Of a DNA stretch of 64,000 bases, positions 41,766 to 50,608 are shown in pieces (the stretch's first letter is position 1; the number at the start of each line of letters is the position of its first letter). The translations under genes were made by a program, and so were the position numbers. The DNA is from Candidatus Woesearchaeota archaeon (GTDB lineage: Archaea > Nanobdellota > Nanobdellia > Woesearchaeales > JAZDKJ01): contig JAZDKJ010000002.1 of the NCBI GenBank assembly GCA_043803105.1, positions 82,554 through 146,553 on the forward strand, in the 5' to 3' direction. The notes beneath the pieces are model-generated. The model was not told where the DNA came from. It saw only the letters and a list, made by a program, of their open reading frames with translations, and searched no databases.

Positions 41766-41842
41766 TTCTGTCAGGCTGTTCTCGTCAGTAATAAAGCTTT
41801 CGCTAGAAAAATTTTTAAAGCACCTTGTTTTTTCACGAACTC

Positions 41843-42733
41843 ATGGAAAAAAGAGCTGTTGTTCTTGTCTTTCTCACAGCTATCGTAAGCGGAGTCTCGA
41901 TTTTCGCGAACAAGTTCGCAGTCTCTGGGATAAATTCATCAGTCTTCACATTCCTCAAGAATTCTATGGTAGCTTTGTTTTTGTTTTCATTGATATTGCT
42001 CTTGGGCGAGCTCCCTCGCTTGAGATCTCTTACCAAGAAGAATTGGTTGATGCTTGCACTTGTTGGCTTTGTTGGAGGCTCGCTTCCGTTTTTGCTTTAC
42101 TTCAGGGGGCTTCAGCTTACCTCAAGCAGCAATGCCTCTTTCATCCACAAGACCATGTTTGTTTATGTCATTGTGTTGGCTGCGCTTTTCCTCAAGGAGA
42201 AGATAAACAAGACTGTTGTGTTGTCTGCCCTTGCATTGCTTGTTGGCAATGCTTTAATAATTGGTTTTGATCACCTTGCCATCGGTGATCTGCTGATTGT
42301 TGCTGCTACCATGCTTTGGGCTATTGAGAATGTGCTTTCAAAGCATCTCTTGAAAGACATCCCGTGGAAGCTTGTTGCATTTTCAAGGATGTTTTTCGGT
42401 TCTTTGTTCATCCTTTGCTTCCTTGCCTTGACCGATCAACTGCATTTTGTTGGCACGCTTTCTTCTGCTCAGATAGGCTGGATTCTCCTCACTTCAGCCT
42501 TCCTTGTTTTATACACTCTCACTTGGTATGGAGGTCTTTCAGGTGTGAAGGTCAGCACAGCTGCTTCAATCCTTTGCCTTGGCTCTGTCATCACAACTCT
42601 GCTTGACCACTACTTCTTTATGGCCTCATTGGCTTGGACCCAACTTATCGGAATGCTTCTCTTGGTTGTTGGTGTGTTTGGCACTTTGGGCATAACCAAG
42701 TTGATTTTTGCGCACAATGCCAGATGGTCTTAA
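41843..42733 (+). CDS. DMT/EamA family transporter
   Basis: About 10 TM in two repeats, LFLKEKI. Confidence 0.85.
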   Translation: MEKRAVVLVFLTAIVSGVSIFANKFAVSGINSSVFTFLKNSMVALFLFSLILLLGELPRLRSLTKKNWLMLALVGFVGGSLPFLLYFRGLQLTSSSNASFIHKTMFVYVIVLAALFLKEKINKTVVLSALALLVGNALIIGFDHLAIGDLLIVAATMLWAIENVLSKHLLKDIPWKLVAFSRMFFGSLFILCFLALTDQLHFVGTLSSAQIGWILLTSAFLVLYTLTWYGGLSGVKVSTAASILCLGSVITTLLDHYFFMASLAWTQLIGMLLLVVGVFGTLGITKLIFAHNARWS

Positions 42734-43433
42734 ATTTGCTGCACGGTTCTCGTACATAACCAACTATTTGGATTTCTGCGGCCCTCGTAAGCCCAATATT
42801 CTATACGACTTTGTTACAGGCAAGCAACATGATAAGCCAAAGGTTGAAGACCACCTTTCTCGTTTTGAGGTGCTTCTTCCCTATCTCAAGTCCATTTCTG
42901 CGAAGCACTCTATGGATTGCTTTGATTACAAGGTTGTAGAAGCCTATTGGCTCGGCAACAAGCTTCTTGACAAGTTCAACTCAGATGATATGTTCCATAT
43001 TATCTCTGCCCTTGAAAAGAGGGGTCTTGTGCATTCCATGGCAGATCAGCTTAGGCATCATTTGCCAGCAGGCATGCTTCCCCACCACTCATTTAATGTC
43101 TTCTATGTTGGTGTTGGCTCTGTAACCCATTCTGTCAAGGCAACGCTGCAGAACATGGACAAGTGCAGGATTGCCTGCGCAATGGTAAGGGAGGTAAAAT
43201 CCAAGAGTCTTATCGTGAAATATTGTCCGCTTCGCGCTGTCAACAAGAAAATCACTTTTGGCTCTCTCCTGAAAAAGAAAGTGATTTACGACCCTGCCTT
43301 CCTTCCTTCAGTGCAGCCAAACTCACTGGTTGCCCTGCACTGGGATTTTGCTGTAGAAATTCTCTCAGAAAAGCAAAAGGAGAATCTTGAGCACTACACC
43401 TCTGTTGTTCTTGACTCCCTTAACCAGAGATAG
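42717..43433 (+). CDS. DUF6390-like protein with HypC-like C-terminus
   Basis: ARFSY..N.L.FCGP, VVEAYWLGN, PHHSFNV, MDKCRI, VALHWDFAVEIL. Confidence 0.75.
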   Translation: MPDGLKFAARFSYITNYLDFCGPRKPNILYDFVTGKQHDKPKVEDHLSRFEVLLPYLKSISAKHSMDCFDYKVVEAYWLGNKLLDKFNSDDMFHIISALEKRGLVHSMADQLRHHLPAGMLPHHSFNVFYVGVGSVTHSVKATLQNMDKCRIACAMVREVKSKSLIVKYCPLRAVNKKITFGSLLKKKVIYDPAFLPSVQPNSLVALHWDFAVEILSEKQKENLEHYTSVVLDSLNQR

Positions 43434-43632
43434 TTTTCTGATACGCCTTGAGGCTTTCTATTGCTTCTTTCCTTGGGATTTTTTGCACAACCATTCCGTG
43501 CTGTACTATTATGTATTCTCCGACTTTGTATTTTCCATCAATCAGTGCTGCCTGGCGTTTGTGCGTTCCATAATCCACTATAACTTCCTTGGAAGTCTTC
43601 TTCACTATCTTGCCTGGTATTGCTAAGCACAT
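43420..43632 (-). CDS. hypC: HypC/HybG/HupF hydrogenase chaperone
   Basis: MCLAIPGKIV...KVGEYIIVQHG. Confidence 0.9.
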   Translation of the reverse strand: MCLAIPGKIVKKTSKEVIVDYGTHKRQAALIDGKYKVGEYIIVQHGMVVQKIPRKEAIESLKAYQKTISG

Positions 43633-43937
43633 TTTTTCAAAAGTATTTGGTCTCCTTCAATAATTTTGGGATTTCCTCCGCATTCAGGGCAGTTGAAGAG
43701 CACTATGTCATGCACCCTTTCCATGATTCTTGGCCTTCCAACATATCCGCACTTGCATTCCACGATGGCCTTCTTTGTGATAATCTCAACCTTCCAATCC
43801 ACAAGGTTGGCTAGAGTCTCGGCTAATTCTCCTGGTGTGATCTTTGCCAGTTCTCCGACCTCTACCACAATGCTTTTTGCAGCCCCTCTCTTTTTTGCTT
43901 CCCGCACTATTTCGTCAGCTATAGCTAGTTCATGCAT
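43623..43937 (-). CDS. hypA: Hydrogenase nickel chaperone HypA
   Basis: MHELAIA N-terminus (true start 43937), VGEL, CKC...CPEC. Confidence 0.9.
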   Translation of the reverse strand: MHELAIADEIVREAKKRGAAKSIVVEVGELAKITPGELAETLANLVDWKVEIITKKAIVECKCGYVGRPRIMERVHDIVLFNCPECGGNPKIIEGDQILLKKCA

Positions 43938-44859
43938 TTTCCTTCCTAATCTTTGCCACGAAGAATCCTTCTGTGTTGTTGTCTTGCGGCCAAACCCTGA
44001 GTGTTTTTCCGACCTCTGGATTGTATTTCCTTCCGTCAAATTCTGTTATTGGCTCGCTGCTCTTTGCAGGCAATTTTATTTGTTCCAATCTTGCCTCTGG
44101 GAACTCTTCCAGGATGAAATCTATTACCCCCTCGTTCTCTACAGGGTCTATGCTGCAGGTTGAATAGACTATAATGCCTCCTGGCTTCAGGTTCTGGTAC
44201 GCTATCCTTGCCAGTTGCTTTTGCGTTCTTGCGAGCCTTTCTATCATTAATGGGTTCCACATCTGTATCGTCTTTAACGATTTCCTTATAGTTCCTGTGC
44301 CTGAGCATGGTGCATCAAGCAGCACCTTGTCAAACTGCAGCCCTCTGAAGCTGAATCCTTGCATCAGCGTCACTATTGTATTCATCACTCCCATTCTTTG
44401 GAGGTTTATTCCTAAGGCAGCTAGCCTTATTCCCTTGTAATCATTCGCAACCAATATACCCTGGTTTTCCATCTTTGCAGCTATCTGTGTTGATTTTGAT
44501 CCAGGTGCGGCGCACATGTCCAGCACCATCTCGTGTGCCTTTGGCTCAAGTACCTCTACAGGCATCATTGACGCTGCATCTTGCACGTAGAAATATCCAA
44601 GGCTGTGTCCTGGCAGGTTGCCGATGTCTCTTCGTTCATCATGCTCGATCCAGAACCCTTCCCTGCACCATGGAACCTGCTCCAGTCTCCATTCAGCGTT
44701 GATTTCAGACTTTAGCTTTGCTACAGTAGTCTTTATCGTATTGACCCTTAGGCTTCTTCGTGCTCTTAATATGGAGTATTTCTTGAATTCCTCAAAGTCA
44801 GTTATCTTTGAATAACGCTCGATAAACCCTTTCTTGAATTCCAGTTTCTCAACGTCCAT
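43930..44859 (-). CDS. RsmB/NOP2/NSUN RNA m5C methyltransferase
   Basis: YVQD, DMCAAPGSKS, DAPCSGTG, YSTCS, EGFF. Confidence 0.93.
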   Translation of the reverse strand: MDVEKLEFKKGFIERYSKITDFEEFKKYSILRARRSLRVNTIKTTVAKLKSEINAEWRLEQVPWCREGFWIEHDERRDIGNLPGHSLGYFYVQDAASMMPVEVLEPKAHEMVLDMCAAPGSKSTQIAAKMENQGILVANDYKGIRLAALGINLQRMGVMNTIVTLMQGFSFRGLQFDKVLLDAPCSGTGTIRKSLKTIQMWNPLMIERLARTQKQLARIAYQNLKPGGIIVYSTCSIDPVENEGVIDFILEEFPEARLEQIKLPAKSSEPITEFDGRKYNPEVGKTLRVWPQDNNTEGFFVAKIRKENA

Positions 44860-44884
44860 AGAAGAACACAAAGTTGCTGCTTAT

Positions 44885-45274
44885 TTAAAGTTTCCCCAGG
44901 TAACACCAGTTTTCCACTTCTGGAATTCCTGGTTGTGCAAGGGTTACTTCACAGAATTTTGTAAGCTTGCGGTCAGCAATTGTGATTCTCCCCCTGTTAT
45001 TATAGATTAGGTTTACATATTCAAGTGCTTTGATTGCAGTCAATTGTTTCCTGTCGCCAAACCTTAGATGCGAGAGCTCTGCCATTATTTCTGGTATCTC
45101 CCAATACTTGTTATTTGAATCGATTACTCCTCTAAGCGGTATGTAAGGACCTCCTGCCTCAAAAGGTGCAGTCCTCCAGCCCTCCCAGGCATATTTTTCT
45201 GCCAGATCATCTAGTTCGTCAACATCATCAAAGTCTATCTCGTACAACTCAATTACTGGATGTCTGCAATTCAT
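44885..45274 (-). CDS. Hypothetical protein
   Basis: 129 aa ATG ORF; no motif. Confidence 0.55.
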   Translation of the reverse strand: MNCRHPVIELYEIDFDDVDELDDLAEKYAWEGWRTAPFEAGGPYIPLRGVIDSNNKYWEIPEIMAELSHLRFGDRKQLTAIKALEYVNLIYNNRGRITIADRKLTKFCEVTLAQPGIPEVENWCYLGKL

Positions 45275-45375
45275 GTGTTTGTAAGTTTCAAGCCGGGCTT
45301 AAAAATCTTGTTTTTATTTCAGAGTGGTAAGACACCGCAAAATTTATAAGTCCAGGAGATTCAATCTCTTTTTTG

Positions 45376-45729
45376 ATGAAAGGTCTGATTGATGCTCTGA
45401 TTGCTCGCGGTTATCAGCCGTTCCGTGTTTCTCAAGCACTAACTGAAAAGTTCAAATCAGCCACAGTCCAAAACTGTCACAACGGAAGTCAGTGCCTTGT
45501 TGAAAGAATTAATTTTGATGGTGAATCACTTGAATTCGAACCATTACAGCTCAAAGGTGCTCCGTTTAAGGCCGGCTGGATTGGCATCGAAGACTACAAC
45601 CAGATAACAGAGGTCGAAATACAAGGTCTGCTTTACATGAAAACACCCAGTACACTCTATGTTGTTGTAAAGCCTGGCATGGAAATACCCCCTAATCCGG
45701 CTGAGCTGTATGCTCAAAAAAACCCTTAG
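45376..45729 (+). CDS. Hypothetical protein
   Basis: ORF with TTTATAA about 30 nt upstream. Confidence 0.55.
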   Translation: MKGLIDALIARGYQPFRVSQALTEKFKSATVQNCHNGSQCLVERINFDGESLEFEPLQLKGAPFKAGWIGIEDYNQITEVEIQGLLYMKTPSTLYVVVKPGMEIPPNPAELYAQKNP

Positions 45730-45815
45730 TCTTATAGAAATCTTTAAATACTGAAATGTAAAACTTGAATTTAAATGCTTCTCCAATTTGTTAGGAGTAA
45801 AGGTTGAGGTATAGC

Positions 45816-46484
45816 ATGGCGATCAATAACAAGGATTTTGTCCAAATCGAATATACTGGGATGATCTCAGAGTCAAAAGAGGTCTTCGATACTACTGACA
45901 AGGCCATTGCAAAGAAGCAAGGCATTTTTGATGAGCATGCTGTTTTTGGTCCTGTGACACTTTGTGTTGGCGAGGGCTTTGTATTGAAAGGCCTTGAGGA
46001 AAGGCTCATCGGCAAGGATGTCGGTGAGTTTGAGTTTGAAATCTCGCCCGAAGAAGGCTTTGGCAAAAAGTCAGCCAAGTTGATCCAACTCGTTCCAACC
46101 TCAAAATTCATAAAGCAGGAGATAATGCCGATGCCTGGTTTGCAGATAAACATTGACGGCTTGATGGGTACTGTCAAAACAGTCACTGGAGGCCGCACTA
46201 TTGTTGATTTCAATCATCCTCTTTCAGGCAGGTCTTTGCACTACAATGTCAAGGTCATCAAGGTCATTCATGACGAGAAGGAGAAGGCAGAGGCAATCCT
46301 CAAATGGCTCTTTAGGCTTGATGCAGACCTGTCTTTGAATGAAAAAACATTAACTATTAAAACAGCGAGCCTTCCAAAAGAGATTGAGGAAGAGGTATCA
46401 AAAAAGGTAAAGGATTTGACCTCGATAACAACAGTAGTTTTTGAGAAAAAACAAGCTCACAAGCCAGTAAATACAGAGGCATAA
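45816..46484 (+). CDS. FKBP-type peptidyl-prolyl isomerase (archaeal long type)
   Basis: IEYTG, VFDTT, PEEGFG, VDFNHPLSG. Confidence 0.92.
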   Translation: MAINNKDFVQIEYTGMISESKEVFDTTDKAIAKKQGIFDEHAVFGPVTLCVGEGFVLKGLEERLIGKDVGEFEFEISPEEGFGKKSAKLIQLVPTSKFIKQEIMPMPGLQINIDGLMGTVKTVTGGRTIVDFNHPLSGRSLHYNVKVIKVIHDEKEKAEAILKWLFRLDADLSLNEKTLTIKTASLPKEIEEEVSKKVKDLTSITTVVFEKKQAHKPVNTEA

Positions 46485-46528
46485 CTTTAAATATTAGTAA
46501 TTCAATTATTGACGATAGAGAGTGGTTT

Positions 46529-47632
46529 ATGACAACAGTCTTTAAGCAAGGAGAAACAGAAAAATCTGCTAAGGCAACAAAGTCCAACGCAATGGATGCT
46601 GAGCTGGAGGAATTTCTCTCAAAGCAGAAAGCAACCATCAAGGTTGTTGGAGCAGGTGGCGGTGGCAACAATACAATCAACAGGATTACTGAAGTCGGCA
46701 TTATGGGTGCTGAGACTATTGCAGTGAATACTGACGCACAGGATTTGCTGTACACTACTGCCGACAAGAAGATACTCATAGGAAAAGAAGTCACCAAAGG
46801 TATGGGTGCAGGGGCTGACCCAAAAAAGGGAGAGGCTGCTGCGCGAGAGGGAGAGCATGAATTAAAGCAGGCCATGGCCCATGCTGATATGGTTTTCATT
46901 ACCTGCGGCCTTGGCGGTGGTACAGGAACAGGTGCTGTGCCAATCATCGCTGATATTTCAAAAAAGCTTGGTGCTTTGACAGTTGCTGTTGTTACCTTGC
47001 CCTTTACAATGGAGGGCAGGCGGCGCTACGAGAACGCCGTTGTGGGCTTGGAAAAGCTCGAGAACATCGTTGACACGCTCATAGTTATTCCGAATGACAA
47101 GCTTTTGGAGCTTGCTCCTGATCTGCCGTTGCAGACTGCTTTCAAGGTCGCTGATGAGATCCTGACTAATGCTGTCAAGGGCATTGCAGAGCTTGTCACA
47201 AAAGCTGGTTTGATAAACCTTGATTTTGCCGACATCAAGGCAGTCATGGAGAACGGTGGTGTTGCTCTCATTGGAGTTGGAGAGAGCGATACTGATAATC
47301 GCGCAGTAGAGGCTGTCGAGAAGGCAATCACTAATCCGCTCTTGGATGTTGACATCAGCGGTGCAAACGGTGCGCTGATAAATGTTATTGGCGGCCCTGA
47401 TATGACCTTGGAGGAGGCAAAGAAGGTTGTGGAAGTAGTCTCTGAAAAGCTTGATGCGGACGCAAAGATTATTTGGGGTGCCCAGATTTATGAGGACCTC
47501 GAAAAGACTATAAGGACAATGCTTATCGTTACTGGCGTAAAATCTTCTCAGATTCTAGGCCACAGCACAACAATCTCTGACGGTCACAAGAAAGAGATTG
47601 AGAATGAACTAGGCATTGATTTTATTGATTAA
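46529..47632 (+). CDS. ftsZ: Cell division protein FtsZ
   Basis: GAGGGGNN, GLGGGTGTG, INLDFAD. Confidence 0.97.
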   Translation: MTTVFKQGETEKSAKATKSNAMDAELEEFLSKQKATIKVVGAGGGGNNTINRITEVGIMGAETIAVNTDAQDLLYTTADKKILIGKEVTKGMGAGADPKKGEAAAREGEHELKQAMAHADMVFITCGLGGGTGTGAVPIIADISKKLGALTVAVVTLPFTMEGRRRYENAVVGLEKLENIVDTLIVIPNDKLLELAPDLPLQTAFKVADEILTNAVKGIAELVTKAGLINLDFADIKAVMENGGVALIGVGESDTDNRAVEAVEKAITNPLLDVDISGANGALINVIGGPDMTLEEAKKVVEVVSEKLDADAKIIWGAQIYEDLEKTIRTMLIVTGVKSSQILGHSTTISDGHKKEIENELGIDFID

Positions 47633-47633
47633 A

Positions 47634-47840
47634 ATGGATGGCTTTAATCCGGTTCAACAGACAGGCATTAAGTATAGGTTCAAGCGCTTCCTTATGGAGT
47701 GCTTAAGGGTACTTAAGATAACGAAAAAGCCTGACAAGGTCGAGTTCAAGACAATTGTCAAGGTCTCTGGCCTGGGCATACTTATAATCGGCTTGATTGG
47801 GTTTATTATCACAATGATAAGGCAGCTTGCCTTCAAATGA
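47634..47840 (+). CDS. secE: SecE/Sec61-gamma
   Basis: RVLKITKKP..EF..IVKVSGLG..IIGLIGF. Confidence 0.92.
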   Translation: MDGFNPVQQTGIKYRFKRFLMECLRVLKITKKPDKVEFKTIVKVSGLGILIIGLIGFIITMIRQLAFK

Positions 47841-48313
47841 AAATGGCAGAATCTCATATCTTTGCATTGCGGACAACGGCAAACAGGGAAGACCAGGTAA
47901 TGGACTTTATTACAAGCAATGCTGCAAAAAAAGGCCTTGATATTCTTTCTGTGGTTCGGCCGCATGGCATGCGAGGCTACATCTTTATTGAAGCTATTAG
48001 CCGCCAGGATGCTGAGCAGGGTGCTTTTAATGTTCCTTATGCCCGCGGCATTTTGCCTAAAGAGGTTGAGTACAAGGAGATTGAGCACATGATGGAGCAG
48101 ATCAAGGTTGATGTAAATATCCAGAAAAATGACATCTGTGAGATCATTGCTGGTCCTTTCAAGCGCGAAAAGGCAAAGATTACAAGGATTGACAAGACAA
48201 AAGAAGAGGTTGTTGTTGAACTGCTAGAGGCTGCAGTTCCTATTCCGATAACTGTCAAGATGGACTCTATCAAAGTAATAAGGAGAGACTCTGACGAAGC
48301 AAAGGGTGAATGA
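47837..48313 (+). CDS. spt5: Transcription elongation factor Spt5/NusG
   Basis: RGYIFIEA NGN domain and IAGPFK KOW motif. Confidence 0.93.
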   Translation: MKMAESHIFALRTTANREDQVMDFITSNAAKKGLDILSVVRPHGMRGYIFIEAISRQDAEQGAFNVPYARGILPKEVEYKEIEHMMEQIKVDVNIQKNDICEIIAGPFKREKAKITRIDKTKEEVVVELLEAAVPIPITVKMDSIKVIRRDSDEAKGE

Positions 48314-48325
48314 TTTCTTTTTCTC

Positions 48326-49693
48326 ATGAGGGTTGAACAATTAAATTTGGATAACAATTTGTTGAAGGCGATAAAGTCCTTGGGTTTTACTGAGCTTACG
48401 CCTATCCAGGAAAAGTGCATTCCTTCAATCAGGAAAGGAATTGATGTTGTTGGCCAGTCAAGCACTGGTTCTGGCAAGACTGCAGCATTTGGCCTGCCAA
48501 TCCTGGAAAAGGTTGTTGCCGGCAAAGGACTGCAATTTTTAGTCTTGACTCCTACTAGAGAATTATGCGTGCAGGTTGCAGCTGCCTTGAGAGACTTTTC
48601 TGTTCATCTTCGCTTAAGGATTCTTGCTGTTTACGGTGGCGTCGCTATCCAGCCCCAGATTGACATGCTTCGCTCTGCTGATATTGTTGTTGCCACTCCA
48701 GGCAGGATGTGCGATCATCTTGAGCGAAGGACAGCTGACCTCTCAAAGGTCAGGTTTGTTGTTTTGGACGAGGCAGACAAGATGTTTGAGATGGGCTTTG
48801 TCGATGATGTTGAGCGCATCGTGCGCTCTGTTCACTCTAGCCATCAGACTTTGCTTTTTTCAGCTACTGTGCCACAGGCTGTTATGGGACTCATAAACAA
48901 GCACTTGCGCAATCCTTTTTTTGTCAAGGTTGATTCTTATGTTGACAAGCAGTTCCTGAAGAACATTTATTATAATGTTAGTTACCATGACAAGTTTTCC
49001 CTGCTTTTCCATCTCTTGAAAAAACATTCTGGTGGAAGATCTCTTGTTTTTTGCGGCAAGAGGAGCGAGGTTGATGTTGTCGCCAAGAATCTGAAGCTTA
49101 ACGGTATCTTTGCTGCTCCTATTCACGGTGGCTTATCACAGAATAGGCGGGATGCATCTATGGACTTGCTCAAGAGCGATAAGGTTAATGTCTTGGTTGC
49201 AACAGATGTTGCTGCCCGCGGCCTTGACATAAAGAATATCACTCATGTTTACAACTATGATGTCCCAAAGACTCCAGGAGAGTATGTGCACCGTGTCGGA
49301 AGGACTGCCCGTGCAGGAAAGACTGGAGAGGCGATTACTCTTTTGTGTGACCGCGATTATGAGAATTTTGATCATGTGGTCAGGGACCGCTCGCTTGACA
49401 TCCAGAAATCCACTACCCCAAGCTTTGAGAAGATGAAGTTTGTTAGGACCGAAAGGTTTGAACGCAGCTCTTCAGGCAGGTTCGGTGACAGGCAAGGCCA
49501 AAGACCGTCTGGAAGGTTTGGTGACAGGCCAAGACCCTCAGGAAGGTTTGGTGACAGGCAAGAACAAAGGCCTTCTGGTAGATTTAGTGATAGGAAGGGC
49601 TCGAGTTCATCCGGCCAGAGATTTGGCAAGCCAAAGCGCTTTGAAAGGCCTTACAAAGCCCCGAGATTTGGTGGTATGGGGCGTAATTCTTAG
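48326..49693 (+). CDS. DEAD-box RNA helicase with repetitive RG/S-rich tail
   Basis: TGSGKT, PTREL, DEAD, SAT, ARGLD, HRVGRTAR. Confidence 0.95.
   Translation: MRVEQLNLDNNLLKAIKSLGFTELTPIQEKCIPSIRKGIDVVGQSSTGSGKTAAFGLPILEKVVAGKGLQFLVLTPTRELCVQVAAALRDFSVHLRLRILAVYGGVAIQPQIDMLRSADIVVATPGRMCDHLERRTADLSKVRFVVLDEADKMFEMGFVDDVERIVRSVHSSHQTLLFSATVPQAVMGLINKHLRNPFFVKVDSYVDKQFLKNIYYNVSYHDKFSLLFHLLKKHSGGRSLVFCGKRSEVDVVAKNLKLNGIFAAPIHGGLSQNRRDASMDLLKSDKVNVLVATDVAARGLDIKNITHVYNYDVPKTPGEYVHRVGRTARAGKTGEAITLLCDRDYENFDHVVRDRSLDIQKSTTPSFEKMKFVRTERFERSSSGRFGDRQGQRPSGRFGDRPRPSGRFGDRQEQRPSGRFSDRKGSSSSGQRFGKPKRFERPYKAPRFGGMGRNS
49472..49594 (+). repeat. Four imperfect coding tandem repeats (SGRFGDR units)
   Basis: GGNAG(G/A)TT(C/T)(G/A)GTGA(C/T)AGG units at 30-36 bp spacing. 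Confidence 0.8.
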
Positions 49694-49763
49694 TGTCTCT
49701 TATGACTCCTTCACCGAAGGGATAAATCAATAATTTTTTAAGCAGATGAGGCTTTGATATTGT

Positions 49764-50129
49764 ATGCAAGAAAAGAAACGTGTCGTCTGCATTGATTTTG
49801 ACGGAGTGATTGCCAGTTACTCTGGTTGGAAGGGCTCAAAGCATTTTGGTAAGCCTGTTCGCGGGATAAAGGAATTCTTGGAAGATTTGCAGAAAACCGG
49901 TCTGAGCTTCGTTGTCCTCACCTCAAGAGCCCCAAAGACGATAAAGCACTATTTCAAGAAATATAGCATCCCTGCGCCTGACAGGGTGACAAATGTTAAG
50001 ATTCCTGCGTCAGTTTATATTGATGACCGATGCATCAGATTTGATGGCAATTTCTCCCACCTTAGAAAGGACTTGAGAACATTTAGAGTCCATTGGAAAA
50101 GCAAGAAATCCTTTGATAAATTATTTTGA
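49764..50129 (+). CDS. Small capless HAD-like phosphatase
   Basis: IDFDGVI, LTSR, K.PA..YIDDR. Confidence 0.75.
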   Translation: MQEKKRVVCIDFDGVIASYSGWKGSKHFGKPVRGIKEFLEDLQKTGLSFVVLTSRAPKTIKHYFKKYSIPAPDRVTNVKIPASVYIDDRCIRFDGNFSHLRKDLRTFRVHWKSKKSFDKLF

Positions 50130-50213
50130 GTCGGCCGGTTTTGCGGACCACAGTCAATAAATTCCGACAGGATTGGCAAAAGATTTATTAAGCGGCCGGA
50201 TGCTTTTATTGCT

Positions 50214-50315
50214 ATGTCAGGCAAGTCATCAAAGATTGATTTGTTAAGTATCGCAATCCTTATCATAATCATCCCCCTTGCTATATTGTTTGTAGTAAAG
50301 TTATTTGGTGGTTAA
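50214..50315 (+). CDS. 33 aa single-TM microprotein
   Basis: MSGKSSKIDLLSIAILIIIIPLAILFVVKLFGG; TTTATTAA at 50184-50191. Confidence 0.5.
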   Translation: MSGKSSKIDLLSIAILIIIIPLAILFVVKLFGG

Positions 50316-50577
50316 AATTAAGGTTGAAAATTTTTTGTCGAGAACCTTGTATTGGCTCTTTTTGCTATTTCTTGCATACCTAATATTCGAATTGATTCGG
50401 AAGCTTTTGGGAGGAAGTCTTGGTTTTGAGGAACTGGTGATAGGTCTTTTGATAGCCAACCTCGGCTATTCGTTCTATCTGCGAGGTTATCTAAGTAAGA
50501 TTGACTCAAAGATTTCCGGTCATATTGGCTGGCACAGCGGCCAGAACGGCAGAACAGCTACTGGGCAGAAGCATTAA
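50308..50577 (+). CDS. Small membrane protein
   Basis: Two hydrophobic helices; GTG start overlapping the microprotein stop. Confidence 0.6.
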   Translation: MVKIKVENFLSRTLYWLFLLFLAYLIFELIRKLLGGSLGFEELVIGLLIANLGYSFYLRGYLSKIDSKISGHIGWHSGQNGRTATGQKH

Positions 50578-50608
50578 CTTTATAAATCCTCCTTTAATTC
50601 TTCGTCCT

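Noticed and set aside
43938-44039. N-terminal extension of HypA in the ORF track
   Set aside because: HypA needs the MHE N-terminus; the extension lies inside the methyltransferase gene
45816-46484. SlyD-like nickel chaperone for the hydrogenase
   Set aside because: No His/Cys-rich tail; ordinary archaeal long-type FKBP linked to ftsZ
49472-49594. Regular repeats as a possible CRISPR array
   Set aside because: In-frame, vary at wobble positions, no unique spacers, no cas genes
50501-50608. N-terminal extension of uL11
   Set aside because: A TATA box at 50579 and the family start support ATG 50609
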